A DNA stretch of 64,000 bases, from NCBI GenBank assembly GCA_036505175.1, contig DASXTV010000044.1, forward strand, positions 1,357-65,356, read 5' to 3'. The position numbers were made by a program, and so were the translations under genes. The notes beneath the pieces are model-generated. The model searched no databases and was not told the origin of the DNA. It worked only from the letters and a program-made list of their open reading frames with translations. Each line of letters opens with the position of its first letter. Within the stretch, counting starts at the first letter, position 1. The stretch comes from Gemmatimonadales bacterium (GTDB lineage Bacteria > Gemmatimonadota > Gemmatimonadetes > Gemmatimonadales > GWC2-71-9). This document shows, in pieces, positions 1-7,801 of this stretch.

Positions 1-260
1 GCGCGACGTCGTTGCAGTTGGGCGACCGCGCTGAAAGCCCACTCGACGAGGTCGAGAGTCGAGAGCTCGGCACGGCGATCGAGCGGGCCATCGCCCGGCT
101 GCGGCCGGAGTACCGGTCCTGTATCCTGTTGCGGCACGTGGAGGGGTATTCCTACGAGGAAATCGCGGATACCCTGGAGCTGCCCCTGGGTACGGTCAAA
201 ACCTATATCCATCGGGCCCGTAATGAATTGCGTGGTTATCTTGAAGATCGCCGGGACTGA
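1..260 (+). CDS. ECF-type sigma-70 factor, C-terminal part (5' end off-window)
   Basis: Frame is open to the window edge (codons phase from nt 3). Region-4 HTH signature CILLRHVEGYSYEEIADTLELPLGTVKTYIHRARNEL. An anti-sigma-like ORF follows 33 nt later. Confidence 0.85.
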   Translation, partial: ATSLQLGDRAESPLDEVESRELGTAIERAIARLRPEYRSCILLRHVEGYSYEEIADTLELPLGTVKTYIHRARNELRGYLEDRRD

Positions 261-293
261 AACCAGGCCTAGAACCGGGCCGTAGGACACCCA

Positions 294-536
294 ATGACTG
301 ACATCTCCATGCATCTCAATACCGATGAAATCGAGCTTTGGGCACAGGGCCTCCTCCCTGCCGCCCGGGCCATGCACCTCGCTGATTGCTCTCTCTGCCG
401 TGTCGAAGCCGAACGGGAGCGCAAAGTCATTCTCGAATTGGTCCAGCTTCCGAAGTTTGCGCCGAGCGCCGGGTTCGCCGATCGCGTGATGGCGCAGGTG
501 AAAATCCCAACTCCTTCGGGAGATTGGATGCCCTAA
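294..536 (+). CDS. Short zf-HC2-type anti-sigma factor (80 aa, no obvious TM segment)
   Basis: H-x3-C-x2-C motif (HLADCSLC) near the N-terminus. Lies directly downstream of the ECF sigma gene and is followed by a terminator. Confidence 0.6.
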   Translation: MTDISMHLNTDEIELWAQGLLPAARAMHLADCSLCRVEAERERKVILELVQLPKFAPSAGFADRVMAQVKIPTPSGDWMP

Positions 537-568
537 GGGCGGCGATGGGGCGGCGAAGTGACGGCGAG

Positions 569-602
569 GGGGCGGCGATAACACATCGCCGCCGCTTTTT
601 TT
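569..602 (+). terminator. Rho-independent terminator
   Basis: Perfect 9-bp stem GGCGGCGAT/ATCGCCGCC (569-577 / 583-591), 5-nt loop, then GC plus a run of 9 T (594-602). Flanked by further GGCG(G/A)/CGCC repeats that allow alternative pairings. Confidence 0.7.
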
Positions 603-624
603 CGCCGCCGTTTTTCTCGCCGCC

Positions 625-1365
625 CTATGCTCGGATCTCAGCCCCAACTCCGAGGCCCAGTAGCCGGGTCGCGCTCCCGTCCCGCACTGCGATCTCGATC
701 GTTCCCCCAGAACCCGTGAACGCCACCAGCGCCCCCGATGGGACGTCCGCGAACGTGCGGCGCAAGGGTCCGACGTCTACCCCTCCCACCTGAATGTGCA
801 CCCCGGCCTTCATGGTGTCTGGGGAGATGTTCGATATGAGGGTCCCGAAGCGATCGACGTAGAGCACTTCACCGACCACCGTGTCGCCGTCGATCTTCGG
901 GATCGGCAACGGCGAGTACTGTGGATCGGTAATTGGCGTGCCCAGCGACTCGAGCGATCCTCCCGCCGCGAGCCGGGCCGCGGCGGGCGCAAAGACGTCG
1001 CGGCCATGGAACGTGGGCGCCGCTTCAGGGAGCACCGGGATGGAGATGAACGTGGCGTTCAAGGATAAGAAAGAAAGCAGGCCGTTGTCCGGTGCGAGAA
1101 AGTATCGGCCAAATCGCGTGGCCCCGAGCACGCGTCGGTCGGTTCCAACACCAGCATCGACGACGGCCACGTAAATCGTGCCTTCGGGGAAGAACATCCA
1201 GGTCCGGCTGAGGATGTACTGTGCGGCACGCACATCGCCGGGCGACACGTCATGGGTGATATCGACCAGCGCCGCCGTGGGTGCGTACGTCCACAGCACC
1301 CCCTTCATCTCAGCGACATAGCTGTCCGCCGTGCCGAAGTCGGTGAGGAGGGTGATAATCGGCAT
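625..1365 (-). CDS. S-adenosyl-L-methionine hydroxide adenosyltransferase family protein (DUF62)
   Basis: N-terminus MPIITLLTDFGTADSYVAEMKGV is typical of the family. I chose the internal ATG at 1365 rather than the ORF-track start at 1416, which adds 17 atypical residues. Confidence 0.85.
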   Translation of the reverse strand: MPIITLLTDFGTADSYVAEMKGVLWTYAPTAALVDITHDVSPGDVRAAQYILSRTWMFFPEGTIYVAVVDAGVGTDRRVLGATRFGRYFLAPDNGLLSFLSLNATFISIPVLPEAAPTFHGRDVFAPAAARLAAGGSLESLGTPITDPQYSPLPIPKIDGDTVVGEVLYVDRFGTLISNISPDTMKAGVHIQVGGVDVGPLRRTFADVPSGALVAFTGSGGTIEIAVRDGSATRLLGLGVGAEIRA

Positions 1366-1415
1366 CAATTCGGAATACGAAATGTCAGGGTGGTTGCGCT
1401 CGACCCTTCCGGGCA

Positions 1416-1446
1416 ATTTCGCATTTCACATTTCACATTTCGCATT
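1416..1446. repeat. Tandem heptamer array ATTTC(G/A)C x4.4
   Basis: ATTTCGC ATTTCAC ATTTCAC ATTTCGC ATT read directly from the sequence. This is an AT-rich island in GC-rich DNA. It abuts the MATE stop codon (1445-1447) and lies 50 nt upstream of the DUF62 start. Confidence 0.8.
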
Positions 1447-2698
1447 AGACCTCAGTCGCACGCCACCTCCCACCCTTCCAAAACAATATCATGGCAATCC
1501 CTCGAGATACCGCAGTCACGCTCAACGCCAGCCAGATGCCGAGCAGACCGATCGCCCGCGACCACCAGGCCGAGAGTGGAATCCGCATTGCCGTGAGCGA
1601 CGTGCTCACCACCTGCGGCCAGAATGTATAGCCCGCACCCGCCAGCGCGCCCTCGAGAATCAGCTCGAAGCTCTGCCCGATTTGCGCGAAGGCGATGACC
1701 CGCAGGTACAAGACCCCGTCGGCGATCACCTGCGAATCCGATGTGAACAGCGAGACGAGTCGACCCGGAATAAGAAGAAAAGCGATCGCCGTCGTCACGG
1801 TGATGACGAGGCAATAGCCGACGGTCAGCCGCACCGCCTCCCGGGCCCGCGCCTCCTGCCGCGCGCCCAGGTTCTGGCCGACGAGCGCGCTCGCGGCGAG
1901 CGCGAAGCCGCTGATGGCGATGAAGCCCAGCCCTTCCATCTTGTGGCCCACGCCCAGGGCGGCGAGCGCCGCGGTGCCGAATCGCGACGTGAACCGCGTG
2001 AGCCACATATAGATCACCGAGAGCAGCACGCCCGCCAGCGACAACGGCGCCCCGATCCGGACGATCGTCGGCAGCGCGCGCCAGTCTGGTGCGCCGATGC
2101 GCAACAATCCTCGCCGCAAGGCGATGACGAGGCCGACGAGAAACCCGCCACCCCGCACCATCACCGAGGCCAGCGCCGCGCCCTCGACGCCGAGCCGTGG
2201 GAGCGGGCCCACCCCCATGATCAGCAATGGATCGAGCAGAATCGAGACACACACCGAGCCCGCGAGCATCAGAAAGGGCGTCCGCGTATCACCAGCGGCG
2301 CGGAACGTGGCTTCGATCGCGAAGAAAGCGAACACGAGCGGCCCGCCCAGCAGCCAGGTCGAGAGATACGCGTGGCCGAGCGCTGCCACCTCGGCGGGGA
2401 CCGTCATCAGGCGAAAGATCGCGTTGGCCAGACCCAAGCCGGCGAGGCTCACGACCAGCCCCGCCAGCAGCGCGTAGGCGACGGCGGCGGCGGCGGCGCG
2501 CGCTGCTCGTGCGGGGTCACCTTCCCCGTGGCGGCGCGCGGCGACGGCAATCAATCCGATTTCCACCATCTCGCCGAGGTTGAGCACGACCCACACGGAG
2601 AATCCGGCGGTGGACACGGCCGCGAGCGCGGCCGGACCGATCAGGCGGCCCACCCAAATGCTGTCGATCAAATTGAAGGAGAAGTGGCACGCCATCAT
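1445..2698 (-). CDS. MATE family efflux transporter
   Basis: 417 aa polytopic membrane protein with MATE-like N-terminus (NLIDSIWVGRLIGPAALAAV). Conserved-looking residues continue upstream of the ATG (see finding). Confidence 0.85.
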   Translation of the reverse strand: MMACHFSFNLIDSIWVGRLIGPAALAAVSTAGFSVWVVLNLGEMVEIGLIAVAARRHGEGDPARAARAAAAAVAYALLAGLVVSLAGLGLANAIFRLMTVPAEVAALGHAYLSTWLLGGPLVFAFFAIEATFRAAGDTRTPFLMLAGSVCVSILLDPLLIMGVGPLPRLGVEGAALASVMVRGGGFLVGLVIALRRGLLRIGAPDWRALPTIVRIGAPLSLAGVLLSVIYMWLTRFTSRFGTAALAALGVGHKMEGLGFIAISGFALAASALVGQNLGARQEARAREAVRLTVGYCLVITVTTAIAFLLIPGRLVSLFTSDSQVIADGVLYLRVIAFAQIGQSFELILEGALAGAGYTFWPQVVSTSLTAMRIPLSAWWSRAIGLLGIWLALSVTAVSRGIAMILFWKGGRWRATEV

Positions 2699-2777
2699 GG
2701 CAACGGCGGGGCCCGCGAGCCGCAGGACGACGGGCCGCAGCGGGCCTGTCGTCAGCGAGCCGGCGGTCTCGGGCTGA

Positions 2778-3383
2778 TCAGCGGGCGTAGCGTGCTACCA
2801 GCACGAGCGCGTCATCATTGCCTTTCAGATGGCGGGTGATGACGAAGTCAGCGATCTCCTGCGGCGTGTTGGTGAGCACGAGCGACTCCGCGAATCCGTC
2901 CTTGATGCCATCGGAGAACAGCACGATGGTGTCGCCCAAGGCCAGCGGCACGGAGCGTGTCGTGGGATGCGCCTGCTCGGCGCCGATGAATCCCGCATTC
3001 GGCACCAGCGTGATGCGCGAGGGACGATTGCCGAGATCGGCACGCAGCACGAGGCCGCCGACGTTGCCAACGCCGAGCCACGCCATCGTGGCCGCCTGCG
3101 GATCGAGAAACGCCAGGCCGAGCACCACGCCCCGCAGTCCCACCAACGCCTCGTGGCAGCGCCGCACGAGATCGATGAGCGGCTCGCGCGAGTGGCGGTC
3201 GAGCGCGGCCACGGCCGCGTGCGCGGCGGAGGCAGCCTCCTGCCCGTGACCCAGGCCGTCCACAACCGCGACGAGGGTTCCTTTGCCGACGCGTTTGATG
3301 AGGCAGAGATCGCCAGACTCGGCCTGCCCGGGAAGCGGCAGCGTGGCGAACGCCGTCTCGATTTTCAAATCGCGCGCCGCCAC
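2778..3383 (-). CDS. rsbX: PP2C/SpoIIE-family serine phosphatase, RsbX-like
   Basis: ESGDLCLIK...VAVVDGLGHGQEAA...LFSDGI motifs. Last gene of the RsbRST module. An alternative TTG start at 3368 would give a TTGA overlap with the rsbT stop. Confidence 0.8.
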   Translation of the reverse strand: MAARDLKIETAFATLPLPGQAESGDLCLIKRVGKGTLVAVVDGLGHGQEAASAAHAAVAALDRHSREPLIDLVRRCHEALVGLRGVVLGLAFLDPQAATMAWLGVGNVGGLVLRADLGNRPSRITLVPNAGFIGAEQAHPTTRSVPLALGDTIVLFSDGIKDGFAESLVLTNTPQEIADFVITRHLKGNDDALVLVARYAR

Positions 3384-3778
3384 TTCGTCATCGTGACGGT
3401 GGTGCCCCGTCCGACGACCGAATCGACTTCGAACTCGTCCATCAGGCGCTTGGCGCCCGGAAGGCCGGCGCCCACGCCGTGCGACGTGGAGTAGCCGTAC
3501 TGCATCGCGCGCTCGATGTCGGGAATTCCCGGGCCCTGATCCACGGCGACGATGGCGACGCCCTGGCGGTCGCCGTTCTGGACGAGACTCAACGTGATCT
3601 CGCCCTTCTTGGCGTACATCAGGATGTTGCGGGCGATCTCCGAGATCGCGGCGGCAATGACGGTCTGCTCGCCGCTCGAGAACCCTGCGACGGCTGCTAG
3701 CGCGCGGCCTTGCTGTCTGGCTTCGACGACATCAACGTCCGCGGTGATCGGCAGTCGCAGCTCTTCACCCACGGCCAC
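3365..3778 (-). CDS. rsbT: RsbT-like anti-sigma/switch serine kinase (GHKL ATPase)
   Basis: 137 aa. EIARNILMYA...VDQGPGIPD...GLPGAKRLMDEFEV...GTTVTM motifs of HATPase_c anti-sigma kinases. Overlaps the rsbS stop by 14 nt. Confidence 0.85.
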   Translation of the reverse strand: MAVGEELRLPITADVDVVEARQQGRALAAVAGFSSGEQTVIAAAISEIARNILMYAKKGEITLSLVQNGDRQGVAIVAVDQGPGIPDIERAMQYGYSTSHGVGAGLPGAKRLMDEFEVDSVVGRGTTVTMTKWRRAI

Positions 3779-4163
3779 TCGGCTTTTTGGGTTTGGCTTC
3801 GAACGTGCGTTCTTCGGTGCGGCGATTCAGGAATGCGAGGCCCTCTTCGAGATCGAGCACCGTCGCGACGCCCTTGAGCGTCAGGCCGAGCTGCACCATT
3901 GCGAACGCTACATCGGGCTGGATGCCCACGATCACCGTCTCGGCGCCGCGCAGGCGCGCCATGTGGGCGATGTCGCGCAGGGTGCGGACCGCGAACGAGT
4001 CCATGACGTCGAGCGCGGTGACGTCCACGATGACGCCGCGGCAGCGCGACCGCCCGACCTGGGCGATCAGCGCTTCACGAAGATGGGACAGGTCAGCGTC
4101 GGTAAGGGCAGACTGAATGGAGGCGATGAGGAACTGCCCCTGCCGCAGAATCGGTACTTCCAC
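3765..4163 (-). CDS. rsbS: RsbS-like single STAS domain protein
   Basis: 132 aa STAS domain with the conserved DVMDSF serine context. Lies between the RsbR-like and RsbT-like genes. Confidence 0.85.
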   Translation of the reverse strand: MEVPILRQGQFLIASIQSALTDADLSHLREALIAQVGRSRCRGVIVDVTALDVMDSFAVRTLRDIAHMARLRGAETVIVGIQPDVAFAMVQLGLTLKGVATVLDLEEGLAFLNRRTEERTFEAKPKKPSGRG

Positions 4164-4191
4164 TGCGTCCTCCGGAGGGGTGGGAAGTGTG

Positions 4192-5118
4192 TTAGCGCGT
4201 CGATTCGGGCGCGATTTCGCGAACCTGCGTCGTCGGCGCGGCGCGATCGGCGAGCAGGCGCTCGGCTTCTTCGATGCCTCCCTGCAGGTCGCCCACCGTC
4301 GCCATTTCGCTCAGGTCGACGCCGATCGTCACGAGCGTCTGCGCGATTTCAGGCGACAGACCCGTTACGATCACGGTGGCGCCCAGCAGGCGCGACGCTT
4401 CGACCGTCTGCACCAAGTGGTTCGCCACCCCTGAGTCCATGGCCGCCACACCGGTCACGTCGATCACGACGACCTTGGCGCGGTTGGCGCGAATCGCACG
4501 CAGCAGCTGTTCGGTCAGCTGCCGGGCGCGCTGCGGGTCGATGACGCCGATGATCGGCAGAATCAGGAGCCGCTCGCGCACCTGGAGCACCGGCGTGGAC
4601 AGCTCCCGGATCGCTTCCTGCTGCTGCCGGATGATGCGCTCCCGCTCTTCGACGAATCCCACCGCCACCGTGTTCGCGATGCGGTTCGCCGCGGGCTCGT
4701 AACTATCGAGAATCCGGTTCAGCTTTTCGACGTTGTCTTGGTATTTGTTGAACAGGGAGCGGGCCAGCACGTCACGCAGCAGGAGCACGATTCCGACGAC
4801 TTCATCCGTTTCGACGCCGCGCGGAATGATTCGCTCCGAGAGTCGCCGCGAGTACGCCTGCAGGGCTTCGAAGGTTCCGGTCTCGAGCGCTTCCACGTAG
4901 TTGTCGTAGACCGCGGTCGCCTCGGCGAAGATTTCCTCTTCCGTCATGGCCGTCAACAGCTCGGCGCGCGTGATGCGGCGCGCCCATTCCTCGCGCAGCT
5001 GCGTGCGATTCTGCCGCAGGTGCGCGACCAGCTCGCGCAGCAACCCGGCCGACGACTCGGACAGCGCCGGAGCTTCCGACGCGCGCGTCGATACACTCAT
5101 GCTTTTCTTGGTATCCAT
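4192..5118 (-). CDS. rsbR: RsbR-like stressosome sensor (N-terminal helical sensor domain + C-terminal STAS)
   Basis: 308 aa. The C-terminal part LILPIIGVIDPQRARQLTEQLL...VVIDVTGVAAMDSGVANHL...VIVTGLSPEIAQTLV is STAS. The N-terminal ~150 aa is helical, like RsbR N-domains. Confidence 0.85.
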   Translation of the reverse strand: MDTKKSMSVSTRASEAPALSESSAGLLRELVAHLRQNRTQLREEWARRITRAELLTAMTEEEIFAEATAVYDNYVEALETGTFEALQAYSRRLSERIIPRGVETDEVVGIVLLLRDVLARSLFNKYQDNVEKLNRILDSYEPAANRIANTVAVGFVEERERIIRQQQEAIRELSTPVLQVRERLLILPIIGVIDPQRARQLTEQLLRAIRANRAKVVVIDVTGVAAMDSGVANHLVQTVEASRLLGATVIVTGLSPEIAQTLVTIGVDLSEMATVGDLQGGIEEAERLLADRAAPTTQVREIAPESTR

Positions 5119-5142
5119 GGCTCCAAAACTAGTAACGGCGAG

Positions 5143-6564
5143 TTAGGGAGCAAGGCCTGCCCTGGCTTTACGGCGCTCTTTGGTCTCGTACAGGGCGACA
5201 TCGGCTGCGTTGAGCAGTGCCTCGACGGTCTCACCGTGGCCGGGGTACACTGCTACCCCGACGCTGATCGACAGGTTCGGCTTCTCGGCATCCGTGGCCA
5301 GGCGGTCCGCTACGCCCCGGGCGACGTGCCAGGCCGCCGCCTCCCCGGTTTCTGGCAGGACGAGCGCGAACTCATCGCCGCCGTAGCGCGCCGCGGTATC
5401 CGTCGCTCGGCAGGAACCGAGCAGCGCCTCGGCCACCCGGCGGATCGCGAGGCTGCCGGCGAGGTGGCCGTGGCGGTCGTTGATCTGCTTCAGGCCGTCG
5501 AGGTCGAGCAGCACGACGGCGAGCGGCTGCGACGTGCGGCGCGACCGCTTGATCTCGGATTCGAGGGCCTGCACCAGCTGGCGATGATTGGCGAGGCCGG
5601 TCAGCGGATCGGTGACCGCGAGCTCACGCCACGTCCCCTGGACCTCGCGTTGCGACGCGACGACGGCCGCGAGCACGAGGCTCGTGACCGCGGTGATGCC
5701 GGTCCACACCTGCAGCAGCACCAGGGACTCGTTCTGCGAGTACACGGAGAACGGGCCGACGCCGCTCAGCGTGCGCATGATCGCGATGACGGACACGATG
5801 AGCATGGTGGTCGCCGCCTCGCGCGGACCGAAGCGGAACGCGACCCAGATCATCACGGGCCACAGCAGCACCGTGAGCGGGTAATGGCGGGACGGGAACA
5901 CGCCGCCGAACATCGCGAGCGTCACGAGCGTCGCCACCACCGCGAGCGCAAATGCTTCGAACAGCTGCGCGTGCGTCCACACCGGCGCCGGCTTCACGCC
6001 GATCCAGATAATGAGCGCCGGCGCGATGACGATGTCGCCCACCGCATCGCCGAGCCACCACGTGAGCCACACCCGGGGCGCGTCGTGCCACGACAGCAGA
6101 CCGCCCAGCGCCAGCGACGTGATGCCGAGCGACGCGGAGACGGTGGTGCTGACCAGCGCGGCGAGGACCGTGAAGCGCACGATGTCGCCGACGCGGTCGA
6201 AGACACGCCCGCCGCGGGCGAAGCGGTTGACGAGATACGCGCCGAGCAGTCCTTCGGCGGTATTGCCGATCGCGATGCCGACGGACGGCAACATCGCCCC
6301 GGTGGTCGTGACATTCGCCAGGAACGCCGCGCCGAGAATCGCGGGCCACACGCGGTAGCCGAGCAGCACGAACGCGGCGAGGGCGATGCCGGCGGGCGGC
6401 CACACCGTCGTGACGCTGCTGTTGATGTAGGCGAACCGCAGGCCCAGCTTGGCGGCGAAATAATAGATAACGGCGAGGCCGAACAGCAGCGCGACGCGGC
6501 GTAATGATTGGCTCATCGGACTTAGGCTAAAAGAGCGAGTCGCCACCAAGTCACTCATCCTCAC
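5143..6564 (-). CDS. MASE1-GGDEF diguanylate cyclase
   Basis: N-terminal polytopic MASE1-like region (YYFAAKLGLRFAYINSSVTTVWPPAGIALAA). C-terminal GGDEF domain with RYGGDEFALVL and an RxxD I-site (RATD) 5 aa upstream. Confidence 0.9.
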   Translation of the reverse strand: MRMSDLVATRSFSLSPMSQSLRRVALLFGLAVIYYFAAKLGLRFAYINSSVTTVWPPAGIALAAFVLLGYRVWPAILGAAFLANVTTTGAMLPSVGIAIGNTAEGLLGAYLVNRFARGGRVFDRVGDIVRFTVLAALVSTTVSASLGITSLALGGLLSWHDAPRVWLTWWLGDAVGDIVIAPALIIWIGVKPAPVWTHAQLFEAFALAVVATLVTLAMFGGVFPSRHYPLTVLLWPVMIWVAFRFGPREAATTMLIVSVIAIMRTLSGVGPFSVYSQNESLVLLQVWTGITAVTSLVLAAVVASQREVQGTWRELAVTDPLTGLANHRQLVQALESEIKRSRRTSQPLAVVLLDLDGLKQINDRHGHLAGSLAIRRVAEALLGSCRATDTAARYGGDEFALVLPETGEAAAWHVARGVADRLATDAEKPNLSISVGVAVYPGHGETVEALLNAADVALYETKERRKARAGLAP

Positions 6565-6597
6565 GATTGAGTGCCGCGGTCCCCGACCTAAAATAAA

Positions 6598-7800
6598 TTA
6601 CGCCCAGGAAGGGGGTGAATTATGCCCTGGATGATTCGCCGCGTCGAGCGTCGAGTTTCCCCTGAGCGGAGACGCGCCCTGAATAATAGAGCTACCGATC
6701 CTGAAAGTTGGGTGGACCGTCGTCGCGCGGAGCGTCGCGCAGGCGCGAATCTCCCACCGGGCGCCCCGAGCACCTCTTCCCCCGAGAGCGCCGACTCCGC
6801 GGCCGTCCGCCGAGTCCGCCTGACCAAGCGGGAGCAGGAGATCAAAGAGCTGATCGCGGCGGGACTCGGCAACAAGGAAATCGCGCGCCGGCTCAACATC
6901 GCCACGAACACCGTCAAGAGCCACGTGCACAACATGCTCGGGAAGCTCGCGGCGCTCACGCCGCCTGACCGGCGTTCCGGCAACCGCAATCGCCGCGGCA
7001 CCAGCCGGCGCTCGTATCGCTTCGGCCGCTGAGGTTTTGGCGGGAACTTCCCGCAAGAAACGCTGAAACACCGCATTGCGAGGATAGCGCGCGGCGAGCC
7101 CCTCGACGTAGCCGCGCGCTTCGCGCTCGAGGACGGCGCGCCCCGCCGGGTCCCGCGCGGCTTCGCGCAGCAACGCCGCCGCCAGGACCCACGTACTCTC
7201 GACGCGCGCCAGATCGCCGTCGTGCGCCGCGCGTCGCATGTACCGGATGCCGCGTTCCGCGTTGCCGCTGCCCAGCCCGATGATGCGCGCGAACAACCGG
7301 GCCAGCGCGCCCGCGCGCGCGAGACCGTAGTCGTACACCCCCAGCCCCAGGTAACAATCCGCGCACGACGAATCCGCCGCGAGCAGCCGGCGATAGATAT
7401 CGCGCATCGCTTGCGCGTCTCTGGCCGCGCCGTACGAGTGGCCGTGCTCCTCGCGCTGCCGCGCGCGGTACCCGAGCGCCGTGGCGAGCCAGAAGTCTCC
7501 GGACGTCCCTGGCGCGGCGCGCGCCCGTGCCAGCGCCACGCCGAGCAGTGAGTCGATCCGCTGCAGTTCGAAATCGGCGGAGTCTTGTGCCGCTGCCCAC
7601 CAGATGTAGGCGCCCGCCTGAAAGACGACCGGCGCGGGATCGGCCGGGGCGCGCGACGCCAGCTCTGCGAAGTAGGCCGCGGCGGCTGCGAAATCGCCGC
7701 CGTACAGCGTATCCAGGCCGGCCCGCAGGGCCGCGCGGGAAGGCGGGAGGGGGGGGCTCGCGCTCTGCAGGAGCAACGCGATCGCTGCGAGCGCCGGCAC
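6598..7800 (-). CDS. Hypothetical exported helical-repeat-like protein; its 3' 435 nt run antisense through the LuxR gene
   Basis: N-terminal ~250 aa look protein-like (signal-like MPALAAIALLLQSA, GAYIWWAAAQDSADFELQRIDSLL, CADCYLGLGVYDYGLARAG). The frame has no stop until 6598, and the last ~145 aa look like antisense read-through. Confidence 0.55.
   Translation of the reverse strand: MPALAAIALLLQSASPPLPPSRAALRAGLDTLYGGDFAAAAAYFAELASRAPADPAPVVFQAGAYIWWAAAQDSADFELQRIDSLLGVALARARAAPGTSGDFWLATALGYRARQREEHGHSYGAARDAQAMRDIYRRLLAADSSCADCYLGLGVYDYGLARAGALARLFARIIGLGSGNAERGIRYMRRAAHDGDLARVESTWVLAAALLREAARDPAGRAVLEREARGYVEGLAARYPRNAVFQRFLREVPAKTSAAEAIRAPAGAAAIAVAGTPVRRRERRELPEHVVHVALDGVRGDVEPARDFLVAESRRDQLFDLLLPLGQADSADGRGVGALGGRGARGARWEIRACATLRATTVHPTFRIGSSIIQGASPLRGNSTLDAANHPGHNSPPSWA
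6606..6615 (+). promoter_or_regulatory. Shine-Dalgarno-like purine tract for the LuxR gene
   Basis: AGGAAGGGGG ends 6 nt before the ATG at 6622. An AT-rich stretch (CCTAAAATAAATTA, 6587-6600) lies in the 57-bp divergent intergenic region. Confidence 0.4.
6622..7032 (+). CDS. LuxR/GerE-family HTH transcriptional regulator (solo, Arg-rich N-terminal tail)
   Basis: Canonical GerE HTH: LTKREQEIKELIAAGLGNKEIARRLNIATNTVKSHVHNMLGKL. No receiver or autoinducer-binding domain. N-terminal 60 aa are rich in RR/ERR/DRR. Confidence 0.85.
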   Translation: MPWMIRRVERRVSPERRRALNNRATDPESWVDRRRAERRAGANLPPGAPSTSSPESADSAAVRRVRLTKREQEIKELIAAGLGNKEIARRLNIATNTVKSHVHNMLGKLAALTPPDRRSGNRNRRGTSRRSYRFGR

Positions 7801-7801
7801 G

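Noticed and set aside
4738-6504. 588-aa plus-strand ORF, and similar very long ORFs elsewhere (1331-2839 +, 9190-10164 +, 14205-16010 +, 25706-27496 -, 30454-31533 +, 43479-44990 -, 55418-56374 +)
   Set aside because: All lie antisense to, or out of frame with, genes that carry clear family motifs. Their translations are Arg/Gly/Pro/Asp-rich low-complexity sequence with no recognisable motifs. Stop-free alternative frames are expected in DNA with about 67% GC.
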